Of a stretch of 64,000 nt of DNA, positions 49,216 through 59,368 are shown one piece after another. Below the pieces are notes generated by a model. It saw nothing but the letters and a program-made list of their open reading frames with translations, had not been told where the DNA came from and did not search any database. The first letter of the stretch is position 1. Every line of letters begins with the position of its first letter. Origin of the DNA: Nitrospirota bacterium (GTDB lineage Bacteria; JACPQY01). The translations under genes were made by a program, and so were the position numbers. Where the stretch lies: contig JACPQY010000011.1 in assembly GCA_016190245.1 (NCBI GenBank), positions 35,512 to 99,511 of the forward strand, given 5' to 3'.

Positions 49216-51992
49216 GCCGCCAAGGCCTCGTTGAGTTCATCCAGCAGCTTCGGAAAAGATTCGCCGAAAAGCCGGTGCGCCTTGCCGAGTCCGCCGCGCT
49301 GACTGAAGGGGGAATAATCGAAATCCTGCGGCTCAATGCTCAGACTCGTGGCGATGTGGTCGCGGATGAGTTCGAGCCACGCCAGTTGCTCGTCGCTGAA
49401 AGAAGTCCCGTTGGAGATCTTGGCCAAAACCCATGTCTTGAACCGAGCGTGGACGCTCTCGGCGAACGGTTCAAGAACCGGCTGGTGGGCCAGAGAGAAG
49501 TGAACCAGCGATACGAGGTCTGCAAATCGGCCCGCTTGGGATCGTCCGCGCACTTTCGTCGGCTCGACGGCGGCGAAGGCATCCCAAAGACGGTCCTCGG
49601 TCCACGCCGCATGGTTTTCCCGAAGCTTCCGTTCCAGATCCTTCAACATGGCCTCCGTCAGCCGGTGGCGATAGGGACGAGAATAAAGAATCTGAAGCGC
49701 TTCGATCTCGGACTTGTGCTTCTCGATGTAATCGCGAAATGACACTGTGGTCTTCCGAGCGTTAAGATCAGACTGGGTCGTGCCTCCGGCAAAGAGAACG
49801 CGGTCCCTTGAAATCACGTCGATGACTTGGTCCGCCGTCCGATGCACTTTGATCAAGAACTGCCGTAGATCCGGATTCCCCGCGAGTGGCGCGGCAGCCG
49901 CCTGCGCAAGGCCATCGGCAGCGGCTTTCAAGGACGTGGCGGTCGGTTCCTTGTAGCCCGGCGGACCACCACCTGCCGCCGCCAGGATCTTGTCCGGATT
50001 GGCGGCGTCAAGCAGGCTACCCGCAATTTCCGAAAGCGTCCTGCCTTTCGCCGTCGCCTGCACTTCCGAAACGAGGTGATCGTCGAGTCGCTTTTCCAAT
50101 CGGATCAACCGGTTGGCCAGACTTTCCAACGAATCGGCATCCCGTGCCCCCAGCGCCACGGCGTCGAGAAGTTTCTCGAATGGAACATTGGGCTTCTTCT
50201 CAAGCGGACGGGAATCGGTCTTGTCCCGTTCGCAGACCCCGACGGCATCCACGATCACGAACCGCGATTTTCTCTTAATCCCGGGATTGACCTGCTCCAT
50301 CTCCGTTTCCGAGATCACGCGCACGCCCCGACCCTTCATCTGTTCGAAGAAACTGCGCGACTTGACTGAGCGCATGAAGAAGACGATTTCCAACGGCTTG
50401 ATGTCCGTCCCCGTCGCGATCATATCGACGGTGACGGCAATGCGCGGGTCGTAGCTGTTCCGGAACGTCTTGATGAGAGTTTTCGGGTCCACGCCGGTGG
50501 TGAGATACGTGATCTTCTGGCAGAAGTCGTTCCCCTTGTCGAAGACTTCGCGACAGATGCGGACGATATCCTCCGCGTGGGAATCGTCCTTCGCGTAGAT
50601 CAACGTCTTGGGAACGTTCTCGCGTCCCGGAAAGATCTCAGTAAACAACTTATCCCGAAAGGTCTCGATCACGGTGCGAATCTGGTCCTCGGCAACGACT
50701 TCCCGGTCGAGCTGATTGGCCTCGTAGGTCAAGTCCTCATCGAGCTGTTCCCACCGTTTCTTGCGCGTGAGGCGGTCGCGTTTGTCGACGTAGAATCCGG
50801 CATCCACCTTCGAGCCGCTCTCGGTAATCTGCGTCCGGATTTTGTATACATCGTAGGGCACGTTGACGCCGTCCGTTACCGCCTGCTCATGGCCGTATTC
50901 CATCACGAGATTTTGCTTGAAGAAACCGAAGGTCTGTTTCGAGGGCGTGGCCGTGAGGCCGACGAGGGTGGCGTCGAAATATTCCAGGACCTGGCGCCAA
51001 AGGTGGTAGATCGAGCGATGGCACTCGTCCGTGACGATGAAATCGAACGTCTCGATGGGGAATTTCGGATTGTACTCCACGGGGACGGGTTCCTTGAAGC
51101 CCGATTCCGCCGCTTCGATGCCGAGGTCGTCCAAATCGGGCGGCGGCTGCGTTTCGCCCTTCAACATGGAGTAGACGCGCTGAATGGTTCCGATCACGAC
51201 GCGGGCGGAGGTGTCGAGCGTGTTCGAGGTCAGATGCTGAATGATATGTTCGTTCGGAAACTTGAGGTTGTTGACCGGGGATTCGAACTGTTGGAATTCT
51301 TTCAGGGTTTGATCGCCGAGGTTTCCCCGGTCCACCAGGAAGAGGATTCGGCGGGCGCCGGCGTATTTGACGAGACGGTAAACGAAATTGACCGCCGTGA
51401 ACGTTTTCCCCGCGCCGGTGGCCATCTGGATGAGCGCCCGGGGGCGGTTCGCGGCGAAGGATCTTTCCAGATTTTCGATGGCCGTGATCTGCGCGGGCCA
51501 CAGGGCCTTTTCGACCAGTGGGGGCATTTCGCGGAGCCGTTGGTGGAGTTGCTTCTCGGCTTTCACCCAGTCGAGGAGCGTTTCGGGACGGTGAAACGCG
51601 AACACGAGGCGGCTGCGGGGCTCTGGATCGAGTCCGTTGGTGAAAAACGTTTCCATGCCGGTGCTCTCATAGGCGAATGGAAGTGGATCCCGCCACGCCT
51701 GCATGCCGGAAGGTACTCCCCTGATGTACTTCCCGGACTGTTCTTCGACGCCGCTGAGGGTGTGACCCTCCTTCTTGGCTTCAACCGTTCCGATGGCCTT
51801 GCCGTCCACGAACAAAGTGTAGTCCGGCTCGCCGGTTATCATGGAAAGATTGCAGAGGGCCACGCCACTTGAAGCGGCGAGATTCGCGCTCGACTTTTCC
51901 TGGACGGCCCACCCGCAACGCTCCAAGATCTCATCGATGTTCCCCCGAGCTTTGTCTTCGGGTGTTCTTATGCGTGGGCCTGGGGGGATCAT
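49212..51992 (-). CDS. hsdR: Type I R-M restriction subunit HsdR (EcoEI-like C-terminus)
   Basis: PDY..VEAK nuclease motif, MATGAGKT, DECHRS, LTATP, QMKGRG; GG.GKA..LFG C-terminus. Confidence 0.95.
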   Translation of the reverse strand: MIPPGPRIRTPEDKARGNIDEILERCGWAVQEKSSANLAASSGVALCNLSMITGEPDYTLFVDGKAIGTVEAKKEGHTLSGVEEQSGKYIRGVPSGMQAWRDPLPFAYESTGMETFFTNGLDPEPRSRLVFAFHRPETLLDWVKAEKQLHQRLREMPPLVEKALWPAQITAIENLERSFAANRPRALIQMATGAGKTFTAVNFVYRLVKYAGARRILFLVDRGNLGDQTLKEFQQFESPVNNLKFPNEHIIQHLTSNTLDTSARVVIGTIQRVYSMLKGETQPPPDLDDLGIEAAESGFKEPVPVEYNPKFPIETFDFIVTDECHRSIYHLWRQVLEYFDATLVGLTATPSKQTFGFFKQNLVMEYGHEQAVTDGVNVPYDVYKIRTQITESGSKVDAGFYVDKRDRLTRKKRWEQLDEDLTYEANQLDREVVAEDQIRTVIETFRDKLFTEIFPGRENVPKTLIYAKDDSHAEDIVRICREVFDKGNDFCQKITYLTTGVDPKTLIKTFRNSYDPRIAVTVDMIATGTDIKPLEIVFFMRSVKSRSFFEQMKGRGVRVISETEMEQVNPGIKRKSRFVIVDAVGVCERDKTDSRPLEKKPNVPFEKLLDAVALGARDADSLESLANRLIRLEKRLDDHLVSEVQATAKGRTLSEIAGSLLDAANPDKILAAAGGGPPGYKEPTATSLKAAADGLAQAAAAPLAGNPDLRQFLIKVHRTADQVIDVISRDRVLFAGGTTQSDLNARKTTVSFRDYIEKHKSEIEALQILYSRPYRHRLTEAMLKDLERKLRENHAAWTEDRLWDAFAAVEPTKVRGRSQAGRFADLVSLVHFSLAHQPVLEPFAESVHARFKTWVLAKISNGTSFSDEQLAWLELIRDHIATSLSIEPQDFDYSPFSQRGGLGKAHRLFGESFPKLLDELNEALAA

Positions 51993-52120
51993 AGGAGAAT
52001 CACCCTGGGGGGACAAGCTTACGGGCGTGCAGGTTGGGACCCCCCACGCGCCCCTGCACAGCGACAAAGAGGGATGGAAAACAGGGGTGAGGTCGGCTAA
52101 CCTTGCCAAGACACCACAGA

Positions 52121-52192
52121 GCCGGCGTAGCTCAATGGTAGAGCGAGGGTCTCATAAGCCCTAGGTCGGCCGTTCGATCCGGCCCGCCGGCA
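52121..52192 (+). tRNA. tRNA with CAT anticodon (elongator Met or Ile2)
   Basis: GCCGGCG/CGCCGGC acceptor, AGGGT-CTCATAA-GCCCT anticodon arm, GTTCGATCC T-loop; paired 1:72 so not fMet. Confidence 0.92.
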
Positions 52193-52336
52193 TTCGCAAC
52201 GGAATGTCGGCTATCCTGCCGACGATCAAGGTAGCGAATACCACCCGCCTCCTGTGGGTTCGCGGAGCCCGCCGGCACTTTCTCCACCGTTGAAAGTGCG
52301 GTCGGCATCACGTTCGAATTCGCGCGAGCATGCGTC

Positions 52337-52365
52337 TTGACAAGTTTCCCGCGCGCGCGTATCCT
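52337..52365 (+). promoter_or_regulatory. Sigma70-like promoter
   Basis: TTGACA-N17-TATCCT upstream of the GGDEF/EAL gene. Confidence 0.55.
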
Positions 52366-52461
52366 TCCTCGTTGACGCATCGTGTCACAAGGACGTGCCT
52401 CCGCTCCTCTCGGAAGATCCGGTAACCCGAATCCTCTCCTCACCGCCCCGCAGCCCGGCTC

Positions 52462-54591
52462 GTGAATCGCGTCCTGTTCCAAGTCCATCACCTGCACGAA
52501 CGAACGGCGCCGGCGCCCTACCAGGACTTGGTCCAACGGCTCGAGGCGATGCTCGATGCCGTTGAAGACGGCGTGCTGGCGACGGACGACCACGGCACGG
52601 TCGAGCTCGCAAACCGCGCGGCCCAGCAGCTATGGGGATACGGAGCCGAGGAGATGGCGGGGAAATCCCTGGACGAACTCCTGGAGAACGGCCCCGCTCA
52701 CCGCCTGCCGCTTGTGGGCGGCACCGATGGTCCGGAGTTTGCCGGGCATGCCTTCGGCACTCGCCTGGAGCTTTCCGCCAGGCGGAAGTCAGGCGACGCT
52801 TTTTCCGCAGAGGTGCGCATCGTTCCATCGCCCGGCGCCTGCCCATCCTCCTACCACGTAACCGTCCGAGACCTGACGCAAGCTCGGCGCTCAACCGGCG
52901 AGCGACTTGAGGCCGAGGAGCGATACGCCCTGGCCCTTCGAGGGGCTGATGACGGGCTATGGGACTGGAACCTCATGAGCGACACGCTCTACCTTTGTCC
53001 CCGATGGAAGGCCATGCTCGGCTACGATGAAAACGAAATGGGATCCACACCCGACGAGTGGTTCAGCCGGATCCACCCTGAGGACGTCTACTGGGTTCGG
53101 GCCGGCCTTGATGCCGCGCTCAAGGGCGGGCAACGGAATTTCGAAAGCGAATACCGGATGGTTCACAGAGACGGGTCCTTTCGATGGGTGCTCTGCCGGG
53201 GCATTGCCGTGCGCGATTCGGAGGGCCGCCCCGTGCGTGTGGTCGGTTCTCAAACCGACGTCACGTCGCGCCGCGTCCACGACCCCCTCACCGGACTTCC
53301 CAACCGGACCCTCTTCGCCGATCGCCTCGCGCGGCTCCTCGCCCGAGGTCGTCAAGGCGAGGGGTATCCTTGTGCCGTCCTCTTCCTCGACCTCGACCGC
53401 TTCAAGGTCGTGAACGACAGTCTGGGTCACGCCGCGGGCGACCAGCTCCTGGTCGAGATCGCCCGCCGCCTCGAAACCTGCCTGCGCCCACACGACACCG
53501 TCGCGCGCCTCGGCGGCGACGAGTTCACCATCCTCCTCGACGACATCCGGCACGCCGGCGACGCCCTGCGCGTGGCCGAGCGGATCCACCAAGCCTTGGC
53601 CTCGCCCTTCCGTATCGGCCCCCACGAGTTGTTCGCCTCCGCCAGCATCGGCATCGCCCTCAGCCGCGGCCGGGACGACCGGGCGGACGACCTGATTCGC
53701 GATGCCGACACCGCCATGTACCGCGCGAAGGCCCGGGGGGGCGCCCGCCACGAAGTCTTCGACAGTCTCATGCGCGCCCGTGCGGTGGAGCGCCTCCAGA
53801 CCGAAACCCAGATCCGCCGCGCCCTCGAACATCAACAGTTCGTCCTGAGATACTCCCCCGTGACCACGCTCGATACCCGGGAGTGCGCCGGCTTGCAGGC
53901 CCAACTCCACTGGCGCAATCCCGAGCGCGGGCTCCAGGCTCCAGCCGCGTTCGTGCCCATCGCGGAGGAAATTGGGTTGGCCCGCGCGATCGGCCTGTGG
54001 AGTGTCCGCACCGCCTGCCGCCAAGCCCGGGACTGGCGATTGAATGAGGCCCCCGGCCCGGTCTTCATCAGTCTGCGCTTCTCGGGCCGGCGCTTGGCCC
54101 AGATTGATCTGGCGGAGGATCTGGACAAGATCCTTGCGGAGACCGGGATGGAGGCCAAGCTGCTGCGGTTCGAGATCTCCGAGAACATGATCATGGAGAA
54201 CCCCGATCAGGCGGCCACGATTCTCGAACGCCTCACCGAACGCGGCCTCCGGGTGATGATCGATTCCTTCGGCACCGGCTACTCCTCCCTCAGCTACCTG
54301 CACCGATTCCCCATCCAAGGATTGAAGATCGACCCCGCCCTAGTGGGACGGGTGGACATTGACGAGGAGAGCGCCGAGATGGTGAGGACGATCGCCATGC
54401 TCGCCCGCGCCCTTTCCCTCGAGGTGGTGGCCGACGGCGTCGAGACCCAGGCGCACGCGACAAAGCTCCTCGATCTCGGCTGCCGATACGCTCAGGGGCG
54501 GTTTTTCTCGGAGCCCTTGGATGCCCCGGCGGCCGGGGAACTGATCACCGCCTCCAGCGCATCGGTCCCTCTCGCAGGTCAGGCCGGATAG
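52462..54591 (+). CDS. PAS-PAS-GGDEF-EAL protein (EAL degenerate)
   Basis: DGLWDW/IHPED PAS, HDPLTGLPNR, RPHD I-site, GGDEF; EAL domain reads QAQ, DSFGTG, ADGVE. Confidence 0.93.
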   Translation: MNRVLFQVHHLHERTAPAPYQDLVQRLEAMLDAVEDGVLATDDHGTVELANRAAQQLWGYGAEEMAGKSLDELLENGPAHRLPLVGGTDGPEFAGHAFGTRLELSARRKSGDAFSAEVRIVPSPGACPSSYHVTVRDLTQARRSTGERLEAEERYALALRGADDGLWDWNLMSDTLYLCPRWKAMLGYDENEMGSTPDEWFSRIHPEDVYWVRAGLDAALKGGQRNFESEYRMVHRDGSFRWVLCRGIAVRDSEGRPVRVVGSQTDVTSRRVHDPLTGLPNRTLFADRLARLLARGRQGEGYPCAVLFLDLDRFKVVNDSLGHAAGDQLLVEIARRLETCLRPHDTVARLGGDEFTILLDDIRHAGDALRVAERIHQALASPFRIGPHELFASASIGIALSRGRDDRADDLIRDADTAMYRAKARGGARHEVFDSLMRARAVERLQTETQIRRALEHQQFVLRYSPVTTLDTRECAGLQAQLHWRNPERGLQAPAAFVPIAEEIGLARAIGLWSVRTACRQARDWRLNEAPGPVFISLRFSGRRLAQIDLAEDLDKILAETGMEAKLLRFEISENMIMENPDQAATILERLTERGLRVMIDSFGTGYSSLSYLHRFPIQGLKIDPALVGRVDIDEESAEMVRTIAMLARALSLEVVADGVETQAHATKLLDLGCRYAQGRFFSEPLDAPAAGELITASSASVPLAGQAG

Positions 54592-54891
54592 AAGCGTCCA
54601 GCGTAGGGACACGGGCTGCCTGCCCGCCGACCCGTCCTCCGTCCGCCTCAGGCGGACTGCTACGGAAGCGGCGCAGGCGGGAAGCCCGCGGCTACCAGAA
54701 ACGGGGAGTCAAGGTAGGCGCACGCCATGTTGCATGCCGCGCCATCTCCGCCGCGGCGGACGCGGCGACACATGGGCAGGGAGCCCGTGGACCTTGCGGC
54801 TTCGAGAGCAAGGTCCACGTGCCACGAGCAGAAGGCAGCCCAGGACCTTGTTATGCGCGGGCCATCGTGGCCAGCACATACCACAGGGCTC

Positions 54892-55575
54892 TCACGCCGG
54901 CGGCTCGAAGCGGTAGCCCACGCCGCGGACGGTCTCGATCCACATGCCGCAAGGCCCCAGCCTGCGGCGCAGGTTGGCAACATGCGTATCCACCGTCCGC
55001 GTCATCACCTCCGCGTCGATCCCCCAGACCTTATCCAGCAGGTCTTCGCGGGAATGGACGTGCCCCGGATGCGCGAGAAAGAAGGCCAGGAGTTTGAGCT
55101 CCATCGCGGTCATCTCGACCTCGTTCCCCTCGACGAGGACGCGACGATCGGGCACATCCACGCTGAGTGTACCGATCTTGAAGCGGCGCTCCTCGATCTC
55201 CGGCGCGAGTCGCCTGAGAATAGCCTGCGCGCGCAGCACCACCTCGCGCGTGTTGAAAGGCTTGGTGATGTAGTCGTCCGCCCCCTTCTCGAACGCCGCG
55301 ACTTTGTCCGCCTCGGAACCGAGGGCGGTGATCATGATGATAGGGATGCGGCGCGTCTCCTCTTCGGCCCGCAAGCGGCGGCAGACCTCCGTGCCGACGA
55401 GATCGGGCAGTCCGATGTCGAGGAGGATGAGGTCCGGGCGCGTCCGCTGGGCCGACTCCATTGCCTCTCTGCCATTGCTCGCCTCGCGGACGGAATACCC
55501 ATGCTGCTCGAGGGTGCGTTTGAGCACGTCCACCACCTGAGGCTCGTCGTCCACCACGAGGATCTTGTGCGTCAC
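54892..55575 (-). CDS. OmpR/PhoB family response regulator
   Basis: VVDD, LLDIGLP, GADDYITKPF, RTVDTHV..LR, ETVRGVGY. Confidence 0.93.
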   Translation of the reverse strand: MTHKILVVDDEPQVVDVLKRTLEQHGYSVREASNGREAMESAQRTRPDLILLDIGLPDLVGTEVCRRLRAEEETRRIPIIMITALGSEADKVAAFEKGADDYITKPFNTREVVLRAQAILRRLAPEIEERRFKIGTLSVDVPDRRVLVEGNEVEMTAMELKLLAFFLAHPGHVHSREDLLDKVWGIDAEVMTRTVDTHVANLRRRLGPCGMWIETVRGVGYRFEPPA

Positions 55576-55642
55576 GCGCGTATCATATCATCCGGGGATC
55601 GAGGGGTTCAAAACCAGACCGGTGCGGCTTCGCAACCCTTCT

Positions 55643-57964
55643 TCAGCGGCCCTCGTCCTCCGCCACCCCCACGCGGACCGGAGTGTACCGATCGGTCGTC
55701 GTGCCATCGCCCAGTTGACCGAAGGCGTTGAGTCCCCAGCAAACCGGCGACGCCTCCGAGGGCCCCGCGCAGGTGTGGAAGACACCCGTGGTGATCGTCC
55801 GGGTCGGTGGAGCGCCGGTGACCGGAGTGGGCGTGCTCGTCTGCTGCGGTTCGGCCACGCCGAGTTGGCCGGAGGCATTGTCGCCCCAGCAGAGAACGGA
55901 CGAACGAGACCGGATCGCGCAGGTGTGGTTCTGTCCGGTCGCCACACGGATCCACTCCCCTTCCGCTTCAATCCGCGTGGGGGTGAGAATCGGCGCCCCG
56001 CCGCCCCCGATGATCTGACCGAAATCGTCGGCCCCCCAGCACCACAGCGAGCGGTCCGTTTTCAGAGCGCAGGAGTGGTTCCAGCCGGTGGCCACGACAG
56101 CCCAGTCCCGTTCCGTTCCCACCCGCGCCGGCTCGAGCGCGTCCACGCGGCTGCCGGTCCCGAGCTGTCCGAAGGCGTTGTAGCCCCAGCACCAGACCTC
56201 GCCTTCGCGGCTGAGGGCACACGTGTGGTTCGCGCCCGTCGCCACGCCCCGCCAAACGCTCGCGGCGCCCGCGCGTGCCGGCATCAGCTCGCCACCGCGG
56301 CTGCCGGTGCCGAGCTGGCCGTACGCGTTGCCGCCCCAGCACCAGAGAGAACCGCCGCTGCGAATGCCGCAGGTGTGCCGGTCTCCGGCCTCGATCTTCT
56401 CCCAGTCCGTCGCTTCACCAATGCGGACGGGGGCGAGGCGGGTCTCTGTGCTCCCATCGCCGAGTTGGCCGAACAGGTTGTAGCCCCAGCACCAGAGCGA
56501 CCCGTTTCGCCGGATCCCGCACGAGTGGAAGTAGCCGCCGGAGACCGCAGCCCAGTCGGATTCCTCACCGATCCGACCCGGAGTGCCCCGATTCGCGCGC
56601 GTGCCGTCGCCGAGTTGGCCATAGCGGTTGTCCCCCCAGGCGTAGAGGGCGCCCCCGTGCACGGCGAGGGTGTGGTACTTGCCTGCGGCCAGGCGCTCGG
56701 CCCTCGGCGCGGGAGGGGTGTGCACCACGATCTCGGGTGACTCGGGCGATCGCCCGTTCGTGTTCACGGCATAGACGCGGTACCGGTAGGTGGCCGCATC
56801 CTCGACACCCTGATCCGTGAACATCGCTTCGCCGTGGCCGACGCTGGCGACGGGCGCGAACGCCGCTTCAGATTCCGCGCGCTCGATCACAAACCCATCC
56901 TCCTCCCCCTCCCCGGGCAGCCAGGCGAGGCGAACTTCCCAGCCATCCGTAACCGCCACCAGGGAAGTGGGCGTGACGGGCAGCGGGCAAGCGGCCAGAT
57001 CATCCGCAACTCCATTGCAATCGTTGTCGATCCCATCGCCGCAGACCTCGGGAACGGCCGCGCCGACAGCGGCTGTGCATTCCACACCCATTCCATCCGT
57101 CCGGCAGATCAACACACCTGCACGCTCGCACACCCCGAGGCCGGATCGGCAGGCGTTGCCTTTCGAAATGAATGTTTCGTCGATGGCCCCATCAAGGTCG
57201 TCATCGCGACCGTTGCAGGTCTCTTCGCGCGCGACAACCGGGGGCGGCGCCGGCGGCTCCGCAGGCGGGGAAGTCGGCGCCACAGGACCGGCGACCGGCG
57301 GCACAACCGGCACGCTCTCCGCGGTTGCCGCGGCAGGGGTCGGGTTCACGGTGATCTCCATCGTCACGGGCGCGGGAGTCTCCACGGCTGTAGGCGCCGC
57401 AATACCCCCCGGAGGGGTCGCGGAGGCGGAGACGCCTGTGGCGGCAGGCAATCCCGTCCCTCTTTTCGCCACGGGGGGAGCGGGCTCGAGGTTCATCTCG
57501 ATCGTGTTCGACCCCCAGGCGATCTCGATCACATCGGTGAGGACCCAGTAGTTTTCCCGCCCGACCACCAGCGTGTAGGAACCCGGGGCGACCGACTCGA
57601 AGCGGAACGCGCCGGCATCATCGGTAACGGTCTCGGCCGCGATTTCGCCGTCGCTCTCCCGCGCGAGCCGGACCACCGCGCCTGAAACGGGGCGGCCGCT
57701 TGCGGAGTCGAGAATCTGGCCATCCACCGCCATGTCGTAGTCCCGCTCGGCGGCTGCCGGCCGAGCCAACCCTTCGAGGCGTCCCCCCTTCCCTTCGCAG
57801 CCTTCCAGCGCGGCGATCAAGATCGCGAGGATGGCTGCGAATGCCATCGGCGCGAAGCCGATCCCCCCCCCGATGGGCAGGGCCCTCAATTGGGGCGCGA
57901 GTGTCGCCAGGTGTTCCATCCCTCGCCTCTCATCCATTCGGAGTGCATCACGATTCATGCGCAC
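55643..57964 (-). CDS. Surface protein: carboxypeptidase-regulatory-like domain, Pro/Ala linker, Cys/Asp metal-binding repeats, FN3, RCC1 repeats (start uncertain)
   Basis: E.CNG.DDD.DG/CGDGIDNDCNG, YRYRVYAVN..G.S, repeated HTC...CWG.N..GQLG; ALEGC possible lipobox. Confidence 0.85.
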   Translation of the reverse strand: MRMNRDALRMDERRGMEHLATLAPQLRALPIGGGIGFAPMAFAAILAILIAALEGCEGKGGRLEGLARPAAAERDYDMAVDGQILDSASGRPVSGAVVRLARESDGEIAAETVTDDAGAFRFESVAPGSYTLVVGRENYWVLTDVIEIAWGSNTIEMNLEPAPPVAKRGTGLPAATGVSASATPPGGIAAPTAVETPAPVTMEITVNPTPAAATAESVPVVPPVAGPVAPTSPPAEPPAPPPVVAREETCNGRDDDLDGAIDETFISKGNACRSGLGVCERAGVLICRTDGMGVECTAAVGAAVPEVCGDGIDNDCNGVADDLAACPLPVTPTSLVAVTDGWEVRLAWLPGEGEEDGFVIERAESEAAFAPVASVGHGEAMFTDQGVEDAATYRYRVYAVNTNGRSPESPEIVVHTPPAPRAERLAAGKYHTLAVHGGALYAWGDNRYGQLGDGTRANRGTPGRIGEESDWAAVSGGYFHSCGIRRNGSLWCWGYNLFGQLGDGSTETRLAPVRIGEATDWEKIEAGDRHTCGIRSGGSLWCWGGNAYGQLGTGSRGGELMPARAGAASVWRGVATGANHTCALSREGEVWCWGYNAFGQLGTGSRVDALEPARVGTERDWAVVATGWNHSCALKTDRSLWCWGADDFGQIIGGGGAPILTPTRIEAEGEWIRVATGQNHTCAIRSRSSVLCWGDNASGQLGVAEPQQTSTPTPVTGAPPTRTITTGVFHTCAGPSEASPVCWGLNAFGQLGDGTTTDRYTPVRVGVAEDEGR

Positions 57965-58271
57965 ATGATGACGGAGGACGGACGCGTGAATATGAGGCTT
58001 CTGTCACAACGCCGGAAAAAGTTATCTTTGCAACACGTGGGAATTAGCCTTGAGGAATAATGCGATGACTACTGGAGCGTTCGATGTTGACGATGATGTA
58101 ACAATTGCCGGGGCCCTATCCGGCTGTGACCTGGGAATCCCGCAACACCCTTGCCCTCCCACTATGGCCCACAACGAGTTGAGGGAATGGGTGCGAACGG
58201 GATCTCAATTCTGTCAACCTCACAACTGGTTATGGTGAATCATTAGTAGTGCCAGGACTATGGTCCTCCAT

Positions 58272-58300
58272 TTGACACAGACCGGTTTGGGGCGTACTGT
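58272..58300 (+). promoter_or_regulatory. Sigma70-like promoter, possibly giving a leaderless mRNA
   Basis: TTGACA-N17-TACTGT ending 6 nt before GTG 58307; no RBS. Confidence 0.5.
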
Positions 58301-58306
58301 TTCCGC

Positions 58307-59368
58307 GTGGGCAGCAAGGCGCGGGCGCTGGAGTCCCCGTTTGCGCCTCCGGGGATAGCTTTTCTCTTCTTCTTGGGGTTTTCAGCGGGTTTCCATTACC
58401 TGCATGTGTCGGGCGCGTTGGCCCTGGCCGCTGCGCCGGCCGGGGCGGCGGGGTTCTTTCTCGGGATTGGCGGGGGACTCCTGGTGGCAGCCGTCTGCGC
58501 TGCGGCTGACTTTGGCTTCAGCGCGGTTTTCGATACGCCCGGTGAGATCGGCGCCAACATGGCGGCCTTTGGCGCCGCGAGCGCGGTTGCCGCCATAGCG
58601 GGTTTCCACCGACGGGTGCTCAGCCGCATCGAGGCCCGGTCGCGCGCCGAATTCGCGCGTGCCGAAAGCCGGGCCCGGGAGGCGGAGGAAATGAAGGCCC
58701 TTGCCGCCCATCTCGACAAGATGAGAGAGGAAGAGCGCGCGAAGCTGGCGCGCGACATCCACGACGATCTTGGCCAGATCCTCACGGTGCTCAAGATGGA
58801 CCTCGTTCGCCTCAAGAGAAACCTCCCGCAGGAGCAGGGGCAGGAAGTGGAGGATGCGGTGCTTGCCGTGGACCGCTCGATCGAGGCCGTTCGCGCCATT
58901 GCCGGCGAACTCCGGCCGGCCATGCTGAACGACCTGGGCCTGGCCGCCGCCGTGGAGTGGCTCGTCAAGGAGTTCGGCCGGCGCACGGGGATCGAGTGCC
59001 GGGCCGAGATTGAGTCCGACGGATCGGAGGTGGGACACGACCTCGCCCTGGCCGCCTACCGGATCCTTCAGGAATCCCTGACCAACGGGGTGCGCCACGC
59101 GCACGCCTCCGAGATCACCGTCCGGCTGGGCGTGGCGCCGGCCGAGGTTCGCCTCAGCGTGTGCGACAACGGAATCGGCCCCCCCCCCAAGAACCAACAC
59201 ATGCCCAGTTGCCTCGGCCTGGTAAGCATGCGCGAGCGCGTTGCGGCTTTCGGCGGTTCCTTCTCGATCGGGCCGGGCCCGGACGGCGGCACGATGTTGG
59301 AGGCGCGCTTTCCGCAGCCGGCTCCGGCCGCCATCGCCGTGGAAGCCATGGCGGAGGCATCGGCGTGA
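58307..59368 (+). CDS. Sensor histidine kinase (HisKA_3)
   Basis: ERAKLARDIHDDLGQ, ELRP..L..LGL, QESLTN..RHA, DNGIG, GL.SMRER. Confidence 0.92.
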   Translation: MGSKARALESPFAPPGIAFLFFLGFSAGFHYLHVSGALALAAAPAGAAGFFLGIGGGLLVAAVCAAADFGFSAVFDTPGEIGANMAAFGAASAVAAIAGFHRRVLSRIEARSRAEFARAESRAREAEEMKALAAHLDKMREEERAKLARDIHDDLGQILTVLKMDLVRLKRNLPQEQGQEVEDAVLAVDRSIEAVRAIAGELRPAMLNDLGLAAAVEWLVKEFGRRTGIECRAEIESDGSEVGHDLALAAYRILQESLTNGVRHAHASEITVRLGVAPAEVRLSVCDNGIGPPPKNQHMPSCLGLVSMRERVAAFGGSFSIGPGPDGGTMLEARFPQPAPAAIAVEAMAEASA

